Source of the DNA: Candidatus Nomurabacteria bacterium
GTDB taxonomy: Bacteria > Patescibacteriota > Minisyncoccia > Phycocordibacterales > UBA918
Direction: 5' to 3'
Assembly: GCA_020632095.1 (NCBI GenBank)
Contig: JACKGF010000001.1
Coordinates: 866,713 to 930,712 of the forward strand
DNA length: 64,000 nt
Part shown: in pieces, positions 19,101 to 28,692 of the stretch
Numbering within the stretch: the stretch's first letter is position 1
Layout of the letters: every line of letters starts with the position of its first letter
Made by a program: the position numbers and the translations under genes
The notes under the pieces: generated by a model
Told to the model about the DNA's origin: nothing
What the model saw: the letters and a program-made list of their open reading frames with translations, nothing else
The model's database searches: none

Positions 19101-20159
19101 TTGTTCCTTATGACTTTTGATTTTGATGCCGAGATAAAACAACATCTTGATGTAGTGCGTACACTAGAACGCACCCCTGGAGTTTTTACCGCTTCCGCCG
19201 ATGATACTTTTTATAACAAAGCGTGGTTGCGTGATATTTATTTCATCACCCTAGGCTTTTTTGAAACTGGTGATATCGAAACGGTGCGCAAGGCTGCCAA
19301 AGCTCTCTTGTCGGTGTTTGTAAAACACAAGGACAAAATTAACTGGGCGATTGAAAATAAGCCTCATGAAGCTTGGCAGTATATCCATGCGCGTTTTCAT
19401 CCTGAGACATTCGAGGAATATTGGGAGGAGTGGGGTAATAGTCAAAATGATGCAGTCGGGGAAGTTTTGAATCTGTTGGTGACTCTAGAACTAATGGGAG
19501 CCAGTGTGATTGAGACTGATGACGAGCGCGAAATGGTGCAGAAGATTATTGATTACTTGGTCAATCTAGAGTATTGGCAGGATGATGACAACGGTATTTG
19601 GGAAGAAAATATGGAAGTGCACGCTTCTTCCGTTGGTTCTGTACTGGCGGCGTTGCAAAAGGCTCGTCAACTAGATTGGCTTCAGGTACCGGAGGAGGTA
19701 ATCACTCAAGGCGAACAAGCTTTGCGAGCATTGTTGCCACGTGAGTCTGCGACTAAGTTTGCTGATTTGGCACTGCTTACTCTCATTTATCCATTTGCCG
19801 TTACGACTGAAGCAGAAACTTTGGAAATCCTTAAAAATGTCGAGTATCACCTAGTGCGTGAAAAAGGCGTGATTCGCTACAAGCTAGACCGATATTACAA
19901 CAACAACCCCGACGGCTACAGCGAAGAAGCCGAATGGTGTTTTGGCTTATCATGGCTAGCAATTATTTATGCGGAACGTGGAGAAAAAGAAAAAGCCTAC
20001 TATTGGTTGCGTCGCGCCAAAGCGGCAGTCACACCAGACGGAAAAGTTCCAGAACTATATTTCTCAAATACCGACCGCCCCAACGAAAACACCCCCCTCG
20101 GCTGGTCTGAAAGTATGTATGTGGTAGCACTGCAAAAGGTGAAGGAGTTGGACAAATAA
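19101..20159 (+). CDS. GH15-like (alpha/alpha)6-barrel glycoside hydrolase family protein
   Basis: Pattern resembles glucoamylase/glucodextranase (GH15) catalytic-domain segments (…WEENMEVHASSVGS…, …CFGLSW…). Confidence 0.5.
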   Translation: MFLMTFDFDAEIKQHLDVVRTLERTPGVFTASADDTFYNKAWLRDIYFITLGFFETGDIETVRKAAKALLSVFVKHKDKINWAIENKPHEAWQYIHARFHPETFEEYWEEWGNSQNDAVGEVLNLLVTLELMGASVIETDDEREMVQKIIDYLVNLEYWQDDDNGIWEENMEVHASSVGSVLAALQKARQLDWLQVPEEVITQGEQALRALLPRESATKFADLALLTLIYPFAVTTEAETLEILKNVEYHLVREKGVIRYKLDRYYNNNPDGYSEEAEWCFGLSWLAIIYAERGEKEKAYYWLRRAKAAVTPDGKVPELYFSNTDRPNENTPLGWSESMYVVALQKVKELDK

Positions 20160-20175
20160 AATCCGATAACACAAG

Positions 20176-20203
20176 AAAACCGGCGCCAATGGCGCCGGTT
20201 TTC
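20176..20203 (+). terminator. Rho-independent terminator
   Basis: AAAACCGGCGCC-aat-GGCGCCGGTTTT. Confidence 0.6.
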
Positions 20204-20221
20204 GTGTGCTAGAATTTTGGT

Positions 20222-20854
20222 ATGTATAAAACTTATTTTAAAAAAGTCGCATATACTCTTTTACTCATTCCGCTTTTTTCTTCTCTGCTAACTTTATTCG
20301 TTCGCTTGTTTTATCTGTGTGCAAATAAATATCTGGTCATAGTAGTATTATTAATAGCTGTGACACTGGCCTGGTTTGCAGCTAAGAAAATGTTGAAAGA
20401 CAAAAAACTGGTAGGACTTATCATTGCACTTTCTATAGTTTCGGTTATTTATGGAGCTGTTTATCTTGGCAGTTTTAACTGTGCCCGTTGCGCTGCCCCA
20501 GAAGCAGGGGTGATGCAATTGATAAGCAACATTAGAGCTCAAGCAGAACTGTACCTAAATAACAATAATTCCTACGTGGGGGTTTGTGATGACAGTCGAG
20601 TAATTGAGCTTGGTAACTCAGCTGATAAATTTATGCGAATTAGTTCGTCAAAATGTTTTGGACCTATAACAAAAATGTTTATGTCTTCAGAGGCCGTCCA
20701 AGAATCTCACTTTGTTTGCAATGATTCTATAGATGAGTATGCGGCTGAGGAGTATGTGCCTAGTCGTGAAAGTTACTACTGCGTTGATTCAACTGGCTTC
20801 GGCGGCCAAGTTCAGAATTCACTCGGCTCTTTAACTAAGTGTGTGGCGGACTAG
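20222..20854 (+). CDS. Membrane protein with Cys-rich extracytoplasmic domain, hypothetical
   Basis: Three N-terminal TM helices, then a C-terminal region with 6+ Cys. Confidence 0.45.
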   Translation: MYKTYFKKVAYTLLLIPLFSSLLTLFVRLFYLCANKYLVIVVLLIAVTLAWFAAKKMLKDKKLVGLIIALSIVSVIYGAVYLGSFNCARCAAPEAGVMQLISNIRAQAELYLNNNNSYVGVCDDSRVIELGNSADKFMRISSSKCFGPITKMFMSSEAVQESHFVCNDSIDEYAAEEYVPSRESYYCVDSTGFGGQVQNSLGSLTKCVAD

Positions 20855-21161
20855 TGTATAACTACTTGAATTTTTGTATATAGAAAAAAGTCAGTGGGCG
20901 ACTCTTTGGTGTGACACACATTACAGGCAGTTTTGCTTTGGTTTAAGTGTCGGTTTCAGGTTAGGATTGAAGTTACGTAATCATTTTTAGTTGTAGGTTG
21001 GTAAAGTTTCTTTGATATAATGTTTGTATATGACGAATAAAGTAATTTATGTATTAGTAGGAGTTGCAGTTATAGCTGCGTTAGTTGGGAGGTTTGCGCT
21101 TTAGTGTTTTGAGAGAGGATAATATAATCGTTTGAATCTGTATTTAGTTTGGTAGAAATGC

Positions 21162-21192
21162 AAAAGGCCGGCGCGAAGCGCCGGCCTTTTGC
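21162..21192. terminator. Bidirectional palindromic terminator
   Basis: GCAAAAGGCCGGCGCG-aa-GCGCCGGCCTTTTGC; a near-identical copy lies at 40604-40630. Confidence 0.55.
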
Positions 21193-21236
21193 ATTTCTTC
21201 AACAAAATAAGCTTGGCGTAGGGGGCAGCATAGTGT

Positions 21237-22733
21237 ATGGTAGTCGCTATGTCACGAAATGATGGAATAATTGTTTTTAAGGGGGTGTCGTATGAATATG
21301 ATGCTACCAAGCCAATTCTTAAAGAGGCGGATTTTGTGGTGCGTCGGGGAGCCAAACTGACTCTAATGGGTCAAAACGGAGCTGGTAAGTCTACTCTTTT
21401 TACTTTAATCACTGGCCAGATTCGCCCTGATGAAGGAATGATAAATATTGAACCCAAAACTACCATTGCGGTATCAAGGCAAATTATCCCGCGCGCTGAG
21501 CTCACTCTCACTGTACGAGCTTTCTTTGAAAAACTGTTTTCAGAAAAAGTCTACGATATTGACCCACGGATTGATGAGGTGTTGGAAGTGGTGAATCTCA
21601 CTCCAACTGAAAAACAGAAAGAAACTTTCAAAGATAGAATCATTGGTAGTTTTTCTGGTGGGCAACAAGCTAGACTGCTATTGGCTTCAGCCTTGATTCA
21701 AAATCCAGATGTTCTTTTGCTCGACGAACCGACTAACAACTTAGATGTCGCGGGAATTGCTCACCTAACCGATTTCCTTAAAGATTATAAGAAGACAGTG
21801 ATCGTTATTTCCCACGATGCTGATTTCCTCAACGCCTTCACTGAAGGGGTGCTTTATCTCAATACACAGAATCGTCAGATTGAACAATACAACGGAAATT
21901 ATCACACGGTGGTGAAAGAAATTGCAGCGCGGGTAGAAAAGGAACAGCGCAAAAATGCTCAATTAGCTAAAGAGATTCAAGCCAATAAAGAAAAGATAAA
22001 CTTCTTTGCTGCCAAGGGAGGTAAGATGCGTCTTGTCGCCAAACGAATGCGTGAGGATATTGAAGAAAGTGAAGAAAATAAAGTCGATGTGAGAAAAGAA
22101 GACAAGACTATTCGACCGTTTACTATCAAACCACACGATGATATTCCCCTTGAAGTAGTGAAGCTCACTTCCTACCAAGTAATTAAAGACCATGAGCCAA
22201 AGCAAGTAGCTTGTGACATTACCCTTAAACGCGGCGAACATTTGCAGATTGTTGGCCCTAACGGAATTGGTAAGACGACTCTACTTGAAAGTCTAGCTGG
22301 TGGTCATGCTAAAGGCGAGGAAGTTGCTCCGGGGGTGAAGATTGGTTATTACCGACAGGATTTCTCAAACCTAGATTTTGACAAAACAGTATCTGAAACA
22401 TTGATGGATTCTATGAAGCTAAAGCTGGAAGAAGATATGCGTTCGATTGCGGCTGGTTTTCTTCTGTTTAAGGATGTGATGAAAACTAAGGTAGGCGACT
22501 TGTCTGAAGGACAAAAAGGCTTAGTGGCTTTTGCTAAGCTTCGGATGGAAGAACCCGGCCTACTGATTCTCGACGAGCCAACCAACCACATCAACTTCCG
22601 TCATATTCCAGTGATTGCCGAAGCGCTCAATGAATACAAAGGAGCCATGATTTTGGTTTCTCACGTCCCTGAGTTTGTAGAAAAAATACGGATTGATGAT
22701 GTGCTCGATTTGAGTAAGTCTAAGAAGAAGTAA
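21237..22733 (+). CDS. ABC-F family ATPase (tandem ABC domains, no TMD; ribosome-associated translation factor type)
   Basis: Two Walker A sites (GQNGAGKST, GPNGIGKTT), two LSGGQ-like signatures and a linker region. Confidence 0.85.
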   Translation: MVVAMSRNDGIIVFKGVSYEYDATKPILKEADFVVRRGAKLTLMGQNGAGKSTLFTLITGQIRPDEGMINIEPKTTIAVSRQIIPRAELTLTVRAFFEKLFSEKVYDIDPRIDEVLEVVNLTPTEKQKETFKDRIIGSFSGGQQARLLLASALIQNPDVLLLDEPTNNLDVAGIAHLTDFLKDYKKTVIVISHDADFLNAFTEGVLYLNTQNRQIEQYNGNYHTVVKEIAARVEKEQRKNAQLAKEIQANKEKINFFAAKGGKMRLVAKRMREDIEESEENKVDVRKEDKTIRPFTIKPHDDIPLEVVKLTSYQVIKDHEPKQVACDITLKRGEHLQIVGPNGIGKTTLLESLAGGHAKGEEVAPGVKIGYYRQDFSNLDFDKTVSETLMDSMKLKLEEDMRSIAAGFLLFKDVMKTKVGDLSEGQKGLVAFAKLRMEEPGLLILDEPTNHINFRHIPVIAEALNEYKGAMILVSHVPEFVEKIRIDDVLDLSKSKKK

Positions 22734-22744
22734 AGATGTCTTAA

Positions 22745-22792
22745 ATCAGTCGTGTGGACCTAGGCCCACACGGCTGATTTTTTGCCGCGATT
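22745..22792 (+). terminator. Rho-independent terminator
   Basis: TCAGTCGTGTGG-acctaggc-CCACACGGCTGA followed by TTTTTT. Confidence 0.6.
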
Positions 22793-22803
22793 CTAGTATA
22801 TTA

Positions 22804-23856
22804 GTGTATATGCAGGAAAAATTTACCAAGGCTATAACGAAGATGAATGAGTCTATTAATGACGATGGTGCTGAATTCGATGAGCAGGCTCTACTTCAAG
22901 AACTAGAACCATCAATTGGTTCTGGCGCAGTGACTGAAAAATTATTTTTTATACAAGAGAAAAAAGCTGCTCTGATGGCAGAGCTTGAGTCTGGTCTAAA
23001 ACAGCTCGATAGAGAAGGTACTGTCGGACAAGAAGGAAAGATGAGAAGGGTAACCTATGACAACTCGGCTGAAGGGTTAATGGTTTATGGAAAAGGAGGG
23101 GAGGCGGATAATGTTAGTAAAGGTCAGTTGATTGTATCTGGACTTTGGGAGGAAGAGTATTTTTTGGATGAGTCAGTCCCGCGCGATATAAAGAAAAGAT
23201 ATTTGGTGCAAAGGATTCACTATAAAATAGCTGATTTATTTGATCACCAGATTGCCTTATTTGAAGGTAGTCAGATATATAATAAAAATACAGGATTTGA
23301 TGATGCTTACCAGGCAATTGCAAGTCGGTATGATGAGGGTGCAGAGGTTGTGCCAGGGGTGTTAGCTGAAAAAATGGTTGAGTCTTTTGTCACTAAGCTA
23401 ACTTATGATTATGATATGCCATATCGTCTCAGGAATGTGTCGGTATATGAAGATGTAGAATATAAAATAGATTTTATTATAGAGCTTCACGATGAATCAG
23501 ATGTAGTTGGGGTTAAAGTGGAATCAAATGATAAGCCAGACATTGCAATACAATTCACAACTTCACAAAGTGACATAACAATTGATCATAAAACTAGACA
23601 AATAAATCGTGCTAAAGGAAATATTGATCGAGATGGCTCCCTTCATGTTAAAGATCTGGTTTTGATTGTTATACCAATTAATCATGTAATGGATACTTAT
23701 AAAGAATGGCAAGGGAAAGGTAAAAAGAGGAGAGCTCCAGGTGGTCCTGATGAGTTATGGAGCATTGAAGATAAAGAAATGATTTTCAAGGGTTTGTTAA
23801 GTAAGGTCTTGTCTGATGAAAAAGTTGAGAAAGCTTGGGGTAAGGTGAGAAAATAA
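22804..23856 (+). CDS. Hypothetical protein (350 aa), monocistronic
   Basis: Long ORF flanked by its own terminators on both sides; no recognisable motif. Confidence 0.5.
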   Translation: MYMQEKFTKAITKMNESINDDGAEFDEQALLQELEPSIGSGAVTEKLFFIQEKKAALMAELESGLKQLDREGTVGQEGKMRRVTYDNSAEGLMVYGKGGEADNVSKGQLIVSGLWEEEYFLDESVPRDIKKRYLVQRIHYKIADLFDHQIALFEGSQIYNKNTGFDDAYQAIASRYDEGAEVVPGVLAEKMVESFVTKLTYDYDMPYRLRNVSVYEDVEYKIDFIIELHDESDVVGVKVESNDKPDIAIQFTTSQSDITIDHKTRQINRAKGNIDRDGSLHVKDLVLIVIPINHVMDTYKEWQGKGKKRRAPGGPDELWSIEDKEMIFKGLLSKVLSDEKVEKAWGKVRK

Positions 23857-23885
23857 TATATCTTGGTTAAAGATTTAGATAAAGA

Positions 23886-23920
23886 AAAACCGCTGATCCC
23901 TGTTGGGAATCAGCGGTTTG
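23886..23920. terminator. Bidirectional terminator
   Basis: AAAAACCGCTGATCCC-tgtt-GGGAATCAGCGGTTT. Confidence 0.55.
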
Positions 23921-23942
23921 AAGTTAAAGAACAATGGCTTTT

Positions 23943-24794
23943 CTATACGACCATTTGTGGTTCGATCTCGGTATGGTCAGTCCGGTAATGATGGACAAAG
24001 CGACCGTGGTCAAAAGCGAAGTTAGTCATCGCTGGTAATTCGCTCGATTTTTCAACCAACACGATTTCAGTTTTGTCGACTTCGCCGCGAGTGCCAGTCA
24101 GATCGGCCGTTACTACAAACACCAATGACACTTTGACTCCGCGTGGGTCTCGGTTGAGACCCACTAGGGTTGAGTGGTAGGTGGTGGTACAGTTGCCTTC
24201 ATCCAGACCAGTTTCTTCCCAGAGTTCTCGGTCAAGGGCCTCGCTTGCGCTTTCGGCATTCTCTATCCGACCGCCAACCATTGCGATTCCGGTTGGCTCG
24301 TTAAGACGCTGTATCAGCAGTAGGCTGTTGCGGTCAATACTTTCCACTATCATGTCTACGCAGTATTCGACATCGGCACAAGGTCTTCCTTCGATGATGG
24401 AAATTTCCGAACTGACTGCATAGTCGAGCAACTTAGCTCGACCCTCAAGACTCGGGATTTCGATAGCAAAAGCTAGACCTACGACTATACCGCCAACTTG
24501 TTCAACGAGTTCCACAGCTGCAGCAGCTGTTCCACCAGTAGCAAGAACGTCGTCGATAATCAAGACCCGCTTTCCTTTCATTGCTTCGGAGTCCTGAATT
24601 TCAATTACATCTTTGTCTCGATACTCCAGACAGTACTCGCATGAATGCACCGGTCCGGGTAACTTTCCTTCTTTACGTATCAACTTAAAACCAACGTGTC
24701 GCCCGAGTTCTCTTGCGACCGGACTAAACAGAAAACCGCGAGCATCCAGATATACAACACAATCGATATTCTGATTGCGCCATTTATCGGTCAT
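23943..24794 (-). CDS. Adenine phosphoribosyltransferase (N-terminal) fused to a NUDIX hydrolase (C-terminal)
   Basis: PRTase motif VLIIDDVLATGGT in the N-terminal half; Nudix box GGRIENAESASEALDRELWEETGL in the C-terminal half. Confidence 0.7.
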   Translation of the reverse strand: MTDKWRNQNIDCVVYLDARGFLFSPVARELGRHVGFKLIRKEGKLPGPVHSCEYCLEYRDKDVIEIQDSEAMKGKRVLIIDDVLATGGTAAAAVELVEQVGGIVVGLAFAIEIPSLEGRAKLLDYAVSSEISIIEGRPCADVEYCVDMIVESIDRNSLLLIQRLNEPTGIAMVGGRIENAESASEALDRELWEETGLDEGNCTTTYHSTLVGLNRDPRGVKVSLVFVVTADLTGTRGEVDKTEIVLVEKSSELPAMTNFAFDHGRFVHHYRTDHTEIEPQMVV

Positions 24795-24909
24795 TGAATC
24801 TATAAGGTAGTTCCAGTTGTAACCAACCTCAGTAATCGACTCAATGTCCCAGAACGGAACGCCGTGAAGTGGTGTGACCGAAGTGTTTCAGCGACTTCTT
24901 TCATCGTTG

Positions 24910-25953
24910 TCATTTTGGCAATCCTTCTTTGATTAGTTGGCTAACGCTTCCATCATCGGTCACGTTTTGATAGATGATATGAGCCAGGTAAGGGTGCAGT
25001 GGTACAACCTTTAGCCACTGATGTGGTTTCGTTATTAGCGAATCAGTTACTACCACTTCAGCTCCAGTATCGCCGAGTCTTTTGTATGAAGTGATACCTT
25101 TTTTTGTAGAGAAACCAGCATGAGTACCGCAAGCAATTACTTCGGCAGCACCTCTTGAGAAGAGCATCTTGATTGCGCTAGAAAGTGTGGTAGCAGTGTC
25201 GATGATGTCATCGACAGCAAGACAGGTCATACCGCTTACGTCTGGGCCGGTGATATTGAATATTTGTTTACCTCCATCGCTTCGTGTCTGGTTTATGCAA
25301 ACAATCTGGTTTTCTGACACATTGAGTTCTTTTGCAAGTTTCTTTGCTTCTTTTGGGTTGCCTCCATCAGGGTCAATTAGAATCAGTTTACCTGCTTTAA
25401 TCACCTCGGCAAAGCGTTCCCTTGCGAAATCGCGCCAGATTGCACGTCCAGGGAAATGGTCGTACGGCAATGCCGGATTAGATGCGAATGCCATTTCTAC
25501 TTGACTGCAATGCATGTGAACAGTGATAATTCTTTTGACTGTTGTATACATTTTTATGTTGTCGATAAGTACAGTGGATGAGACTGGTACCCGACCACCA
25601 TCTTTTCGGTCTTGTCGTAAGTAGGGTATGTACGGCGCTACAACAGTAGTGCTTCTTACTCCAGCAAGCTGAAGGGCCTGTAACGTGAGAATGAATGAAT
25701 ATATAGCTTTGTGTAACTCTCCATTGAAGTCAACAAAGAGAAATACGTCCTTATCTCTAACATTGCCACTGATGAAGGGTTTTACCTCGCTACTTTCAAA
25801 CGTTGTTACATCTACTGAAATTGGAGTGTCTATACTTACTCCTAATTGTTCAAGTTCGATAGCGGTGTTCGTTGTCATGTTAGCAATAGCTTCGTTCCTC
25901 GCTATGCTACCTTTGTTCTGACCGTAAGCAAAAACTATATTTGACGGTTGCAT
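24910..25953 (-). CDS. prs: Ribose-phosphate pyrophosphokinase (PRPP synthetase) with N-terminal extension
   Basis: YLRQDRK signature and PRPP-binding VDDIIDTATT motif. Confidence 0.8.
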   Translation of the reverse strand: MQPSNIVFAYGQNKGSIARNEAIANMTTNTAIELEQLGVSIDTPISVDVTTFESSEVKPFISGNVRDKDVFLFVDFNGELHKAIYSFILTLQALQLAGVRSTTVVAPYIPYLRQDRKDGGRVPVSSTVLIDNIKMYTTVKRIITVHMHCSQVEMAFASNPALPYDHFPGRAIWRDFARERFAEVIKAGKLILIDPDGGNPKEAKKLAKELNVSENQIVCINQTRSDGGKQIFNITGPDVSGMTCLAVDDIIDTATTLSSAIKMLFSRGAAEVIACGTHAGFSTKKGITSYKRLGDTGAEVVVTDSLITKPHQWLKVVPLHPYLAHIIYQNVTDDGSVSQLIKEGLPK

Positions 25954-26112
25954 CGTCTCACCTCTCTTTAGTTGTCAGGGAACATTCCGATGAGAACTGT
26001 ACTAGATATTTATTATATGTACAGAAAAACAAGAAGTTAATGTATTAGAACTAAAACAGAATATAAAATATTGTTGATTTAAAACAAATAATATGTATTA
26101 TAGTTAGTACAT

Positions 26113-26847
26113 ATGAAAGAAATAAAATCGCTATTAAAAACTTTTTTGCACAAAGAAGAAGAAATAAAGGTATTTTTATACTTACTTGAGAAGGGAGAGT
26201 CGGGTGTGCAGGAAATTGCTAGAGGTCTTAGTTTGCATCGTCCGCGAGTATATGAAACCTTAAGTGTACTGTTGGACAAAGGCTTTGTTGAGGAACTTAA
26301 GGTAGGAAAAAGGATTCACTATAAAGCAGTACAACCCTACTTTCTATTAGAAAAAGTAAAATCTATAGAAAGTGATGTTCATAAATTACTGCCTGAATTA
26401 CAGAAAATAAAAGATAAACAGACTAAAGGAATTAGTATGGAGGTTTTGCGCGGAGAAACTGGTCTCGCGGCCTGCTTCCTTGATGTGGTGATGTATTTAA
26501 AAAAAGATGACATTTTTTATCGCATCAGTTCTGCTAAAGATCAACAGTATGTTGACTCGGTGGTGCCAAAGCATTATCGACCAATTCGTGACAGTAAGAA
26601 TCTCGAACGGCGGGTGATAACAAGTCGGTATGTTGGAGAGCAAAAGAAAGCTCGCTTAGAGCGTTCGATTAGATATTTTGACGAGCAGGATGAATTGTTC
26701 GAACACAATGTTATACAGTTTATTTATGGCGATAAAATTTCTTTATTAGATTTTAATTCCTTGACGGGAACAATTATCAAGAATAAAGCGATTGCTGATT
26801 TTCAGAAAAGTATTTTCCTAACCTTGTACAAACGACTTGAAAGATAA
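26113..26847 (+). CDS. TrmB/MarR-like winged-helix transcriptional regulator
   Basis: N-terminal HTH (…LLEKGESGVQEIARGLSLHRPRVYETLSVLLDKGFV…). Confidence 0.5.
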   Translation: MKEIKSLLKTFLHKEEEIKVFLYLLEKGESGVQEIARGLSLHRPRVYETLSVLLDKGFVEELKVGKRIHYKAVQPYFLLEKVKSIESDVHKLLPELQKIKDKQTKGISMEVLRGETGLAACFLDVVMYLKKDDIFYRISSAKDQQYVDSVVPKHYRPIRDSKNLERRVITSRYVGEQKKARLERSIRYFDEQDELFEHNVIQFIYGDKISLLDFNSLTGTIIKNKAIADFQKSIFLTLYKRLER

Positions 26848-26902
26848 AGGTGTCGAATAGGATATTTGTATTTTTTGGTTTACTTAGTGTAGTATAAAGC
26901 AT

Positions 26903-27574
26903 ATGAAAAAAGCCCCAGAGAGATTGCGTTTTAGCGCTTTAGCCGTTGATGCGGTGGTATTAGGGATAGTAGATGGAGAGTTGTGTGGATTGGTTAGCGA
27001 GGTTAATAGGCCTCCGTATTATGTAAATATATTAGGCTTTCTTGGTGGTTTAATTAATATTGAAGAAAACGCGGATGAAGCTTGTGAAAGAGTGTTGTAT
27101 GAAAAAGGTGGTCTAAAAAATGTTTACGTCGAGCAACTTTATACTTTTAGTGAAGTGGAGAGAGATAAGCGTAACCGCGTTATTTCAGTGGCCTATATAG
27201 CATTGGTCCGCCCAGACACAGCTGCTAGTTATAAATTTGCAGACGCTTCTTTTGTTCCGTTAAAGAAGCTGAAGAATTTGGCTTACGACCATGACGAAAT
27301 GCTACAAATGGCCAAATCTCGACTTCAAGGTAAATTTGCCTATACCAACATAGCTCAATATTTATTGCCGCGTCACTTCACCTTGTCAGAGTTGCAGGCA
27401 ACCTACGAAATTGTCTTGCAAAAAGAATTTGATAAACGTAATTTCCGTAAGAAGGTTTTGTCTTTGGATTTAGTAAAAGAGACAGGTCTGGTGCAAGATG
27501 GAGTGAAGAATCGCCCAGCCGCTTTATATGAATTTAGTTCACAGAAAATTAAGGAGTTTCAGTTGTTGACCTAG
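26903..27574 (+). CDS. nrtR: NrtR-type regulator (Nudix domain + C-terminal winged-helix)
   Basis: Nudix-fold N-terminal half with a degenerate Nudix box, and an NrtR-like C-terminal DNA-binding half. It lies immediately upstream of NAD genes. Confidence 0.6.
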   Translation: MKKAPERLRFSALAVDAVVLGIVDGELCGLVSEVNRPPYYVNILGFLGGLINIEENADEACERVLYEKGGLKNVYVEQLYTFSEVERDKRNRVISVAYIALVRPDTAASYKFADASFVPLKKLKNLAYDHDEMLQMAKSRLQGKFAYTNIAQYLLPRHFTLSELQATYEIVLQKEFDKRNFRKKVLSLDLVKETGLVQDGVKNRPAALYEFSSQKIKEFQLLT

Positions 27575-27582
27575 GTTGAGAA

Positions 27583-27618
27583 GAAGCCACCGATTTCCGA
27601 AAGGGAATCGGTGGCTTC
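27583..27618 (+). terminator. Hairpin terminator after nrtR
   Basis: GAAGCCACCGATT-tccgaaaggg-AATCGGTGGCTTC forms a 13-bp stem; the T-run is weak. Confidence 0.4.
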
Positions 27619-27619
27619 T

Positions 27620-27675
27620 GTGTATCGGATTGACAATACACCAATTCTACTATATCTTAGTGTAAGAGGTACACT
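27620..27675 (+). promoter_or_regulatory. nadK promoter with two GTGTA..TACAC palindromes (candidate NrtR operators)
   Basis: GTGTAT-N10-ATACAC overlaps TTGACAATA, and AGTGTA-agagg-TACACT sits just before the RBS. Confidence 0.4.
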
Positions 27676-27696
27676 TATATTTTCAAGGAGACGGTC

Positions 27697-28521
27697 ATGC
27701 CTGCAAAACCGAGTAAAGTTCTACTGATTCGAGCCGAAGGTAAAAAGTATGTGACTGCTGCTGAAACGACCAGAAATCTTAAGGTTGCTTTTAGCGAGAA
27801 AGGTATTGCTGTCGACGATTGTGATGACGGTGATGTGTATGACATTGCTATCGCCATCGGCGGTGACGGTACCATGATGAAAGCGGTTACAAGTCTGGCG
27901 TCGCGCAATATTCCTACCTTGGGAATCAATGCGGGGGATGTGGGTTTCTTGACTACTGCCGAAGCTACCAAGTGGGAGCAGGTAGTTGAGAGAATTTGTT
28001 CTGGCAATTATGTGCTTGAACAAAGGTTGGGTCTTGAGCTGATTGCCAATTCAGAAGTGGTTGGACCAATCGCCAATGAAGTAGTTTTGCGCCACCCGTA
28101 CAGTGTGGCTGTTTATGAGATTAGTATTGGCGGTCAGGTGTTCTATTCGAACTTGATGGGCGATGGAGTGATGGTGGCAACCGCTACTGGTTCAACCGGC
28201 TACAATACTTCCGCCAACGGTCCGATTTTGTTGCCAAGCTCAAGCAACGTAGTGGTAACACCGCTCAATCCGATGTCATTGACCACTAGACCATTGGTGG
28301 CAGAGGAAGTGGCTCAAGGTAAAACCATCTCTGTCCGGTTGGTGGAAAGTAAGAAGAATCAACCAATCATGATAGTGGCAGACGGCGTGTTGCAAGAGAA
28401 GGGGTTGCAGGTTGGTGACTCTGTCTCACTTTGCAAATATGGGCATGCGCTGTTGTTCGCAACTTTTGGGCTGGGACAGTATGCTAAAGCATTAACTGAG
28501 AAAAAGGGATTTGCAAAATAG
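27697..28521 (+). CDS. nadK: NAD+ kinase
   Basis: GGDGT motif and DGVMVATATGSTGYNTSANGPIL. Confidence 0.9.
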   Translation: MPAKPSKVLLIRAEGKKYVTAAETTRNLKVAFSEKGIAVDDCDDGDVYDIAIAIGGDGTMMKAVTSLASRNIPTLGINAGDVGFLTTAEATKWEQVVERICSGNYVLEQRLGLELIANSEVVGPIANEVVLRHPYSVAVYEISIGGQVFYSNLMGDGVMVATATGSTGYNTSANGPILLPSSSNVVVTPLNPMSLTTRPLVAEEVAQGKTISVRLVESKKNQPIMIVADGVLQEKGLQVGDSVSLCKYGHALLFATFGLGQYAKALTEKKGFAK

Positions 28522-28543
28522 TAAGGAATAGGAAAGGAAGGTC

Positions 28544-28570
28544 AGGCGGGTTACAAAGTGACCCGCCTTT
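28544..28570 (+). terminator. Rho-independent terminator
   Basis: AGGCGGGT-tacaaagtg-ACCCGCCTTT. Confidence 0.55.
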
Positions 28571-28590
28571 AACGTCCATCATGTTGACTT

Positions 28591-28644
28591 AGTGTACACT
28601 TGACAATAATATTAGGTTAGTATAGGATAGTGTAAGAAATACAC
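28591..28644 (+). promoter_or_regulatory. nadM promoter with AGTGTACACT and AGTGTA-agaaa-TACAC palindromes (candidate NrtR operators)
   Basis: Same TTGACAATA -35 context and same palindrome type as upstream of nadK. Confidence 0.4.
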
Positions 28645-28692
28645 AAAGCAGTTCTTTACAACTTATTAACTTTCTAAACAAGAGGTAAAAGT

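Noticed and set aside
21101-21355. 84-aa minus-strand ORF
   Set aside because: It spans the bidirectional terminator at 21162-21192 and the 5' end of the ABC-F gene; not a plausible gene.
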